From Candidatus Micrarchaeota archaeon (GTDB lineage: Archaea > Micrarchaeota > Micrarchaeia > Anstonellales > Bilamarchaeaceae), in contig JBDRLQ010000025.1 in NCBI GenBank assembly GCA_043812915.1, forward strand, positions 1 to 61,731: a stretch of 61,731 nucleotides of DNA. The letters are read 5' to 3'. The translations under genes were made by a program, and so were the position numbers. Each line of letters begins with the position of its first letter. Within the stretch, counting starts at the first letter, position 1. The notes under the pieces were generated by a model, which saw only the letters and a list, made by a program, of their open reading frames with translations, was not told where the DNA came from and did not search any database. Shown in pieces: positions 17,847 to 29,100 of this stretch.

Positions 17847-18383
17847 CTACTCTTCAGGAGGTTCTTCCGGGGCTTCCCCCGCCTCGTCCATCCCCTGGCT
17901 CTCGAGCGCGTTCTCTATGTGCGCCTCGAAGATGTATCTCACCGCAAGGACGAATTTCTCCGCGATGCCAAGGGCGGTGCCAGCAACTTCAGTTTCATCC
18001 CCGAAAGGGGTTTCCTTCTTCTTTTTCAGCCCGAGCCGCCTGACGAGGAAGCTGTAAATCCCGCCCACATCATCCGGCTGGAGCTCCTCGATTATCTTCC
18101 AGTCCTGGACAGGGAACATCCCGGAGTAGTTCTTCTCCAGGTAATATATCGTGGTCTCCAGGCTGGCTGCCATGTAGCCGTCCTTGTAGAGCAGCGCGGA
18201 GGCTGCCATGCGGATGCAGTTCTTGGAATCGCTGAGGGAGCCCCGGGAATCGCCGCTCTCGAGCCTGCTCTTGGCTGACTCGTACAGATCTGCCGCGATA
18301 GCCAGCGCGAACAGGGCATTTTCATCATCCGGCGTTGTGCGGGCGATGTCCATTTCCCCCATTGGCTCGGTTGGTTCAGGCAT
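17847..18383 (-). CDS. HEPN-like domain protein, probably inactive
   Basis: LYESAKSRLESGD...CIRMAASALLYKDGY fits the HEPN helices; no RX4-6H motif. Start set to ATG 18383. Confidence 0.5.
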   Translation of the reverse strand: MPEPTEPMGEMDIARTTPDDENALFALAIAADLYESAKSRLESGDSRGSLSDSKNCIRMAASALLYKDGYMAASLETTIYYLEKNYSGMFPVQDWKIIEELQPDDVGGIYSFLVRRLGLKKKKETPFGDETEVAGTALGIAEKFVLAVRYIFEAHIENALESQGMDEAGEAPEEPPEE

Positions 18384-18457
18384 GCACAGATGTAGCAGAT
18401 TAGGTTTTAATTGCTTTTGTGTACGAAGATTATCACGAATCATCAGGTGTTTTTTCA

Positions 18458-19969
18458 ATGGAACTTCACGAGAGAATTTTCGAATTGGCGCTAACAAGGT
18501 CTTTCTTCTTTCCTGCAAACGAGCCGTATGGCTCGCTCAGCGGATTCTATGATTACGGGCCGGTCGGGGCTCTCATGAAAAGGAAGATAGAGAGCCTCTG
18601 GAGGGGGATGTTCATCAAGGGCGAGGGGTTCCATGAGGTTGAGACCTCGATTGTCACTCCGGAGCCTGTGCTCAAGGCATCGGGCCATGTCGGCAGCTTC
18701 GCTGACCCGGTGGTGGAGTGCGCCAGCTGCCACACAAGGGTCAGGGGGGATACCCTGGTTGAGGAAATCCTTGTAGAGAAGCACGGGGAGAAGTGGAATG
18801 GCAGGCTTGATACGATAGACGACGCAGTAAGGGAGAGCGGCCTCAAGTGCCCGAAATGCGGGGGGGAGTTCAAGCCTGCATACATGTTCAACCTTATGTT
18901 CGCGACAGGGATAGGCGGGGACAGGACGCCTGCTTATAACAGGCCCGAGACCGCACAGGGGATTTTCACTCTCTTTCCAAGGCTGTTCAGGAACCACGGC
19001 ACAAGGCTCCCTGTTGCCGCGGGGCAGGTGGGAAGGAGCTTCCGGAACGAGATTTCGCCAAGGAAAGGGCTGGTCCGGATGAGGGAGTTCACCCAGATGG
19101 AGCTGGAGTACTTCTTCAACCCCTCGCAGCCCCGGATGAAGGGATTTTCCGATGTGTCTGAAGTGAAGATGCGGATGCAGGTTGGCGGAAAGAACGAGCT
19201 TATGAGCGCCAGGCAGCTTGTGGAAAAAGGGCTCTGCAACGAGATAATGTCATATTTCCTCGTCCGCGAGTGGCAGTTCTATATGATGGTCGGGATAAGC
19301 GAACCCAGGATGTTCCTCCGGGTGCTCGGCAGGAACGAGATCCCCCACTACTCGCAGGCGAACATCGACATGGAGGTGCAGACCTCATTCGGCTCCATAG
19401 AGACCATAGGCAACGCATACCGAACCGATTTCGATCTGTCCCAGCACGCAAAGGAGAGCGGGAAGGACTTCTCGGTCTTCATCGAGGAGGAGAAAAAGAA
19501 GATTGTCCCGCATGTTGTCGAGGTGTCGATGGGTGTCGACAGGCTCTTTTTCGCGATACTTGAGCACTGCTTCAGGGAGAAGACCAAGGAGAAGGACTGG
19601 GAATGGTTCGACTTCCCGGCCGTGATTGCGCCTTATGATGTTGCCGTGTTCCCGCTGATGAAGAAGGATGGAATGGCCGAGAAGGCCGAGGGGATTGCCC
19701 GGGAGCTGCGCGAGGAGTTCGATGTGCACTATTATCCTGGCGGGAGCATCGGAAAGAGGTATGCCAAGGCGGATGAGATCGGGATTCCGGCCGCGGTAAC
19801 AATCGATTATGACACTCTCGAGAAAGGGACAGTCACGCTAAGATACAGGAACAATGGCGAGCAGGTCTTGATGAAAATCGGGGATATTGCCGGAGTAATC
19901 CGCAGGTTCCGCTCGGGAGATAGCTGGAACGCCATAAAGGCTGATTTCGAAATCGTGAAAAAGGAATGA
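18458..19969 (+). CDS. glyS: Glycine--tRNA ligase (alpha2 type)
   Basis: GFYDYGPVG, RPETAQGIF, FRNEISPR.GL.RMREF, SIGKRYAKADEIG. Confidence 0.97.
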   Translation: MELHERIFELALTRSFFFPANEPYGSLSGFYDYGPVGALMKRKIESLWRGMFIKGEGFHEVETSIVTPEPVLKASGHVGSFADPVVECASCHTRVRGDTLVEEILVEKHGEKWNGRLDTIDDAVRESGLKCPKCGGEFKPAYMFNLMFATGIGGDRTPAYNRPETAQGIFTLFPRLFRNHGTRLPVAAGQVGRSFRNEISPRKGLVRMREFTQMELEYFFNPSQPRMKGFSDVSEVKMRMQVGGKNELMSARQLVEKGLCNEIMSYFLVREWQFYMMVGISEPRMFLRVLGRNEIPHYSQANIDMEVQTSFGSIETIGNAYRTDFDLSQHAKESGKDFSVFIEEEKKKIVPHVVEVSMGVDRLFFAILEHCFREKTKEKDWEWFDFPAVIAPYDVAVFPLMKKDGMAEKAEGIARELREEFDVHYYPGGSIGKRYAKADEIGIPAAVTIDYDTLEKGTVTLRYRNNGEQVLMKIGDIAGVIRRFRSGDSWNAIKADFEIVKKE

Positions 19970-20125
19970 GCCGGATTTTCATAAAATTGTCGCAGAAAAA
20001 TATTTTATCTGCATGTTGGAAAAATGCCCTGGCCCCCAGGATTGCGGAATAAACCACCGACGAGAACTATTCTGGGCCAAGGGTAAAGGTTTTAATGCTT
20101 TTCTGGGATGCCATAGCGGGGTTTG

Positions 20126-23100
20126 ATGGGAAAGGACAAGGGCAAACCCGTTTTGCCATTCACAGCTTCAGATTTGCATCTCATTGGAGCAGTGATTGTG
20201 CTGGTCCTCCTTCTTGCGATTGCCACCCAGAGCGCGTTCCCCAACCTATCTGAAGGGTGCCTCGATGAATTCCCCTCAGGCTGCTTCCTCAAAAGCTCGG
20301 GCGCCATGAAGAGCATGGTCCTTAGCAGTGAGCGCTATTCGCTTGTCCGCGGGCCTGAGCATGAAGAATCGGATTCAGGGCAGATGGGCAGCGAGGGGAT
20401 TAGCGTGTCGGATTTCACCAGCTCGCTGGTCGACGATTTCGTATCGATATCCACCGGGCGGGGGGTTCTTGGCGACGCCAGGCCGGCAAACGCCAGCGGG
20501 AAGCTGCAGAAGTACCTGAGGGTCCGGTCGCCCGTGTTTGGGATGCGCTATGACATGGACAACGGCACAAACCCCATGATATTCTTCTACGACTCGCCGA
20601 TAAAGCGCATGAGGGTTTACGACTGGATAAACAACGGCCTTCTGGAAGTGGACTGGTTCGAGCTGGAAGGCTACGAGCAGGCCTACGCGATAAACCCCGC
20701 AGGGGTCAATTCGGCCGAAGCCACGATTACGGCCAAGGGCAACATTGTTGAAAAGTGCAGGGAGTGGGATTTTGCCACCAGGACATGCAACGGCGAGTGG
20801 ATTGTGCTCACGAGAGTAGTTCCGGGCGAGAACTACACAATCGCGATAGACAGCGCGGACCCGGGGTTCAGGGAATCGCTTTCAGTCATCAACGTCCAGT
20901 CGTTCCCAGAAGTGGGGGGGCTGTGGACCGTCCAGTTCAACACCACCGGAACGGCGGACCTTACCATCAGCGCGGTGAACGGGACCACCTGGACCAACTT
21001 CGGGGACTCTGAAGATTTGAGGTTCCTGGAAGTGCGCTGCGGGGATGCCATAATGCCTTATTCCTGGGTGAATGATTCGGTCCTTATTGAGGATTACACC
21101 TGCAACGAGACGGGCACCGAGACAAGCAGGGTCATTACCGGGGGGAGCCACCACCTCGAGTTCCGGTTCGGCGACTCTGTGGATTACGCGCACAACCAGG
21201 CGGGAATCAAGGTGATTCTCCTCCGCGGAGCCGGAGGGGACATTAACAGCACTGATGAGTTCGGGGTGAACTGGACGACCGAAGACAGAGTAGATACAAC
21301 GGCATTCAGCCATTCCACGAGCGCGGACAATTACGGGGTAACCGTCGCCGAGGACGGGATATACAGGGTGAGCTACGGGCTGTATGTCAACACGAACGGG
21401 ACGGACAGGTATTCGCCGCTTGCGCATGTGAATGTGGATGGGAGCAGCGCGGGCGTCTGCTATTCTTCCGGATACAACAGGGGGACCTCTGAAAGCTGGC
21501 ACCTGGTCGCGGCAGCCGGCTGCCTGCTGGAGCTGACGGCAGGGCAGAGTGTCAGCATCGCGGCAAAAAGGCTGTCCACCACAATTACCGAGCAGTATCC
21601 GGTCTTCAACTCATCGAACAGCTGGTTCCACATGCAGAAGCTGGAGCATAGCGACGTGATTCTGCTCAGGGAAGCCGGAGGGGGGCAGGAATTCGACACC
21701 GTGAACGCAAGCGTCACGTGGGACACTGAGGATTATGAGGGAGGCTCCTTCACGCATGCCGCAGGCTCATCCGAAATACAGGTCTCACAGACCGGATTCT
21801 ACCGCCTGACATATTCAATCGGGGTGGAGGAGGACACCCAAAACAGGAGCGCCGCATTCGTGAACCTGCAGGTGAAGCCCGACGGCGGCTCATTTGCGGA
21901 TACCCCCTACGGCTGGGGGCAGGCGTATTTGCGCGGCATATATTACATAAACGAAAGCATTGTTGCGGCATCGACAGTCCTGAATCTCTCTGCTCTTGAT
22001 ACTGTGCGGGCCATCGTAGGAAACCCGACCGGCTACGACCCTGGAGTGCTGAGCGTGACCGGCGGCAGGACGCACCTTGACATGGAGTACCTGGGGGATG
22101 GCAGCGATACGGACATGTTCATGGCATACGACTCGACCGGGAGCGTTATCCTGGAGAACCATGCGGACCAGACATGGGATGTCGAGGACTACGATGGCAG
22201 CTATTTCACGTTCACGCCGGGCAACGCCGAGATAACTATTGATAGGCCCGGGCTCTACCAGATTGCATACGGGGTGTATTCAACTAGCAACAATTCCGGG
22301 AGGTTCGAATGGCTCACCCAGCTTTTTGTCAACGGCGCTGCTGCAAGCGAATGCTTGGGCGCCGGATACAACAGGGGAGTGCTCTCATATGGTAGCCCTG
22401 AGGCCGCCTCCACATCGAACTGCTACATCGAGCTGGAGGCAGGGGACGTTGTCAAGGTCCAGAACATTGAGACGACCAACCTGGTTTCCGGAGTGAACAA
22501 CACCGGTGACCGGACATTCATGACAATCCAGGGAATGAACTTCCCGACGCCCGAAGTCTCCGGATGCGCGGTGATTGATTACCCCGGGCAGGTGCAGATG
22601 AGCGCTGATGGAAGCGGCGCGCCGAATGGGGTGTCGGGGGTCACAGACATTACATCCGCATGCATTGTGCTGGCATCAGACGACATAGATTTCAGCTGCA
22701 ACGGGCACATAATCGACAACACAGTTTTCCCGACTGCCGCCGGAATCGTGATAAACGGCTCAACTACGGTGGATTACACCAATGTGACCATCCGGGACTG
22801 CCCGTCCATTACAGATTATGCAGTCGGAGCCTACGTACACAACAGCCAGCAGGATACAATCCGCAACGTGACAACTGACAGAAGCACCACCGCGGGAATC
22901 CTTTTACGGTCAGCGACAAGCACTACCGTAGAGAACTGCACCGCGAAAGGGAACTACAACTACGGCTTTTACCTGCGGGACAGCTTTACCAACACATTGA
23001 GCAATGACATTGCATATAACAACAGCATCAATGGATTCCGCATCTATACTTCCCAGGGCAATGTCATCAATAAGAGCCAGTCGTATAACAACACGGACAG

Positions 23101-26100
23101 TGGAATCCACATAGAGGGGTATTTCGGCGCGGATGTCCCGAGCCAGCAAAACAGCGTCATAAACAGCAGTTCGTATGACAATGACGCAGATGGCGTGGAG
23201 CTCGTATACACGACCTTGGATAACGTTCTGGATAGCAATTTCAGCAACAACGGAGACTCGGGAGTGCACATGAGAGACAACGCCTTTGCAACGTATGTGC
23301 AGAGTTGCCGCGCATACGATAACTCCGAAAATGGATTCTATGCTGCTAGCGGTGCGCTCCTGGCGAATTTCGATGACAACATCGCTTATGACAATGGCCT
23401 GGCAGGACTCAACAATACGCTGGCGACTTCGACCACTGCGGATAATACGACGGCATACGGCAACCTGGATGGGATTGCATTCGAATCAGGAAGCTGCACC
23501 TTCACAGGTGCCAATCTCTACAACAACACCAGGCATGGGGTGTATTACAAGAGCACGGCGGCCGCGACCTTCAACGATATCCATTCCTACAGCGCCGATG
23601 GTGTCGCGGTGATGGTTGAGAACACGGGGGGAGGAACGCCGGCAATTACATTCTCCAACCTCACAATCGACAGTGACACGGGAGACTTCGTGAACTATAC
23701 CTCCCTTGATATCACCGATAACATCAACGCGAACAGCGCATACTCAATCAACTGGAGCAGCAGTTCCGGAACGCCGACTGACACGGAGTCGTTTGCCCAG
23801 AAGCTTGTCAACATCAGCCCGGTCAGCGGGACAACATCCATCGACACGATTGTGTGGAACTGGCTCGAGCCTGAGGCATCGGGCATCGACGAATCGTCCC
23901 TTGAGTTGTGGAAATACAACTCCAGCGGATGGGCCCTCCAGAACGACTCGCCGGACACAACAGGGAACACACTGAGGATTCTCTCGATGAACCCGGCCAG
24001 CGACTACGGGCTTTTCGAGAACCTTGGCTCCTGCCGCGTGATATCGGCTCCTGGCGAATACCAGCTGAACATCAACCTGACCGGGGCGCCCCTTACCCTC
24101 AGCGGGATATCCGGCTTCGCAAAAGCCTGCTACATAATCTCATCGGACGATGTCGACCTTAGCTGCGCAGGGCGAACAATAACTAATAACGGCACTGCCT
24201 CGGCAGCGGGCATAGTCGTTAACGGCTCATCCACCGTGGACTACACGAATGTCACAATCAGGGACTGCATCGTTTCCGGATACCGGGCGGACGTGATGCT
24301 CTATGATACGGCCTACGACACGGTGATAAACAACACCGCCCTGAACGCCAGCCTCGCAGGAATCTACACCTACCTGACAAACTACAGCGTGATTGAGAAC
24401 AACAACGCCACCGACAGCGTCGCCCAGTCCGGCCTACGGATGGCATACTCCTCCCTGAACAATGTGAGCGGCAACCACTTCTCGAATGCTTCGAGGGGCT
24501 TCTATCTCGAATTGTATTCCAACTTCAACAGGATTACCAACAACAGCGCCTACAACTGCAGCACGCAGGGATTCCTGGTGTACACGTATTCCTCGGGAAA
24601 CGTCCTGATTGGAAATGACGCCTGGGACATAGTCAACAACGCCTACGTGGTGAGGGATTACACCGACAACAACACGCTGATAGACAACACCGCCTCATAC
24701 TCGAACAACGGATTCCTCATGCTCTATAACTCCACGAACACGACAATCATCAATTTCACTTCATTCAACAACAGGAACGTCAACTTCGCCATGTGGGACT
24801 GCGACGGCACCCTGCTTGCCAACTCCACATCATACAACGGCACGCTGGGAGACATATGGTACAGGAACGTCCTTGGCCATCCATACTCGCTCGAGATGTC
24901 GAACATCACGATACTCAACCCGCTTGGGACATATGAGAACTACAGCGTCATAAGCATCCAGGATTCGCTCACAACCCTGGTCAATTACACGATAAACTGG
25001 ACCGACACGCCCGCAGGATTGCCGGCCGGCAGGGAGACCTTCGCCAACAAGTACCTGGAAATCGGGCGCGATGGCTCCGAGGCGATAGACAACTTCACCT
25101 GGCACTGGACCGCTGCGGAAGCCGAAGGCCATGATGCCAACAATTTCGAGCTCTGGAGGTACAATGTCACCGACGGATGGTCGCTGATAAACGATTCCCC
25201 GGACGTTTTGGCCAACCAGATAAGCCTGCCTGACTTCAGCCCTTCAAGCGACTATGGGATACTTGAGGATGCTGCCTGCAGAATCATCAGTTCTCCCGGC
25301 TCGTATTCACTTGCCAGCAACGCAAGCGGCGCGCCATACGGGGTCCCGGCCGCATACGCGGATGCCGCATGCATCGTGATTGACTCCAGCGATGTCGATT
25401 TCAACTGCAACGGATACAATATCTCCAATGACGGGACTGCCAATGCGGCTGCAATATTCGTCAATGGAACTGCCAGCACCCAGCACACCAATGTCACGAT
25501 AAGGGACTGCCCGCACATAACCGAATACACGAGGGCAGTCTACATCGAGTTCTCCCCGGGGGCAATCGTAAGGAATGTGAGCATGCATGACCTTGCCGGA
25601 AGCGGGATAATGGTCTTTGCAAGCAACCAGCTCAACCTTACAAACAACTCATTCGACAATCTGACTGCCCAGGGGATACAAATCTATGACAGCAACTATT
25701 CGCATATTTCGTACAATCTGATTAACGCCGCGGCCAACAGCATGTATTTTGACAACTCACACTACAACACGATTGAATTCAATGACGCAGGATTCGCAAG
25801 CGCCAGGGATTACAACCTGGTGTCTTCTGACAACAACATGCTAAGGAGCAATACCGGGCATGGCAATACAGGGGCATCGTTCAGGCTCTCTGGCGCAACC
25901 AACACCACCATACTCAATTGCACTATGTACAATAATGCGCGCGGAGTAAGGGCCACCACAAGCAACTACACCAACATCACGAACTGCACTACCTACAACA
26001 ACACCTATGGCCTGCATATAGACCTTAGATCACAGTTCGCGAGTGTGACAGATATCATATCCGCAGGAGACTATTACGGCATTTGGCTCGATGAGAGCAG

Positions 26101-29100
26101 CTGGGGCAATATATCCGATGTGAGCATTGTCGATAGCTACGAAGGGATCTGGGTGTACAAATCCAATCACAGCCTGATTGGCAATGTCTTCATTGAAAAT
26201 GCCACAAATGCCGGTGTGCAGGATTACCCCTCGTTCAACAACACCTATACGGACATAACGATAATCAACTCATTCTACGGCTTCCAGGTCTACAACTCGA
26301 CTGACATCAACCTGAGCAACCTGTACACGTCCAACAACGGGTTTGACATAAGGGTCACTGCCAACGGGACCGAGGCGAACATAAACTTCACCAACATCAC
26401 AATCGACAACCCGCTTGGCGGCTATGAGAACTATACTGTCCTGAATATCACCGACACAACAGGGCTGTATTCCGATTTCTTCGTGAACTGGACGGGCAAC
26501 TCTTCCGAGCTGCCGGCCGGATACCTGAGCTTCGCGCAGAAGTTCGTGAACATATCATCGGAGCTCGCCCCGGCATCCATCGATTCGGTTGTCTGGGGCT
26601 GGAAGGACGGGGAGCTCGGGGGCTATGATGAGGGCGCATTCGGGCTCTGGAAATACAACGAATCCGGCTGGACGCTGGAGAACGGCACTCCGGATACTTC
26701 AGGCAACACGCTCAGGCTTCTCAATATGGACCCGGCAAGCGACTATGGGATCCTGCAGGAGGGCGAGCAGAACTGCTACATAATCAGTGCGCCCGGCGCC
26801 TATATGCAGACAGCAAACGTGAGCGGCGCCCCGGTTACCCTAAATGGGGATTCCAACGTTGACTGGGCATGTATAATTATCGACAGCGACAATGTAGACT
26901 ACTCATGCGAAGGCTTCAGCATGATAAATGACGGTACTGCCGATGCGGTCGCGATTGTCGTGAACGGCTCGGACGGCAATATCCGGCAGAACGTAACAGT
27001 CAGGGACTGCAAGCTTCTGGAAGGGTATGAATACGGGATGTTCGCGAAGTACGCGCGCAACGTCATCTTCGAGAACAGCACTGCAGACTGCAACTATACC
27101 GGCAGATACGGGTTCATCATGTACCCCGGAGTCAATGATTCCATCATCAGGAACACGTGGTCCTATGACGGGCTCAACAACGGCATACACACAAGATACG
27201 GCTGGAACGATACCGTGTACAACAGCTTCGCGCAGAACTTCAGCCTCGGCAGCAACATCTACGTGCTGAACATGTACCACTCGAGCTACTACAACAACAC
27301 GATGATGGACGGGCAGACCGGCCTTGAGTTGCGGATGAGTGAGAACATCTCCGTGGATAACTGCACGGCGGGAGGGACATTCACCCACTACGCAATCAGG
27401 TTCAATGCAGGGGTCGACAGGATAAACTTCTCGAGGAACGTAGGCTATGGCGGGGTGAACGCCCTGCTTATCGGGACCAGCAACTACATGAACATCACCA
27501 ACTGCTCATTCTACGGCACTTCATTGAACGCGGTCTATCTGGACGACTCCGGATATTCGAACTTCACGGACATTCTCATTGACGATGCGGGCAGCTATGG
27601 GATTTACCTGAGGGACAGCACCACAGTCCAGAACAGATTCTCAGGGATAACGATAACGGATAGTGCCCAATACGGAATCCGGAGCTATGATGCCCACTAC
27701 AATCTTTTCGAGAACGCCCGAATAGAGAATGTCGGATTTACCGGTCACGGAATCAATGTGGATGGCGGCAGCGGATTCAACAATTACACGAATATCACGA
27801 TATCCGGGATTGTCAGGGATGGGATATTCATAACGAACAATGCCGGGAACAACACATTCACCGACATGGAGATATATGATGTCGGCTACTATGGAATCGA
27901 GATTACCAATGGGGACAACAACAATTTCACGAATATCCACCTCTACAACAACAGCAGGGGGGCAATCTATGTCAGCTCGACCGGCTCGGCAAGGAATGTG
28001 AAGTTCTCCAACGTGTCCATAGACAATCCATCTGGAGGATATGTGAATTACACGACATTGAGCATAACTGACAGCATTGACGTTGGAACGGCGTACAACA
28101 TCAGCTGGACAACCAACTCATCGCCGCTCTTGGGCCCGTACCTCAGCATTGGCGAGAAGTTCGTCAATATATCCAATAGCCTCGGGAGCACCTCGATTGA
28201 CAGCATCGCCTGGAGCTGGCTTGATAGCGAGGCTGCCGGCTATGACGAGAGCTCGTTCAGGCTGCACAAATGGAACGGCAGCTGGACCGACACAGGAGCT
28301 GCGCTTGACACCGGCGCCAATACGCTCAGCCTCACGAACATGGATCCTGCCAGCGACTACGGGATAGTCGGGTATTCATCGCCGGAGTGCTTTGTGATAG
28401 ACGCCCCTGGAAGCTATTCGCTAAGCAGCGACCTGGAAGGCGCGCCTTTCCCAGTCACCGGGATTTCAAGTGGAAACCGCGCATGCATCCTCATCATGAG
28501 CGATGACGTGGAATTTGACTGCAACGGATACAACCTCACAAACAACGGCACGGCAGATGCGATAGGAATCGCGGCCAATGGCACATCTGTCCATGGATAC
28601 GAAAATGTCAGCATAAGGAACTGCTTCAACATCTCGGATTACAAGAGCTCAATTACCGTCAACAACATAACTACAGGAATAATTGAGAATATTTTAACAG
28701 AACCGGCAAACTGGGGCATTTACGTACAGACGTCCAATGACATGACCATCAGGAACTGCACCGTAAGCGGGGGGATAGGAGAGCTGTTCTATATCAGGGA
28801 GAACTGGAATATGACCGTCACGGGCAACCTGGCCCATTCCTGCGCCATCACGAACAACGGGTTCTATCTCCTCAATAACGATGATACGATTTTAGACAAC
28901 AACACGGCATACCTGTGCCAGCGCGGGTTCTATATCCAGAATTTGAGAAACAGCACTGTTACAAATTCGGTTTCTCACTCGAATGTCAGGGATGGGTATT
29001 ACTTTTATGTCAGCCCGGACAATGTGAGCTTCACCGGGAACGTTGCATACAATAACAGCATCAACGGCATATACCTGCATTCGGGCCCCAACAACATGCG

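Noticed and set aside
20130..20160. GGCAAACC as a possible c-di-GMP-I riboswitch at the start of the giant gene
   Set aside because: It lies in coding sequence, pairs locally as GGCAAA/TTTGCC, and lacks the GNRA stem and the downstream GCAAAG element.
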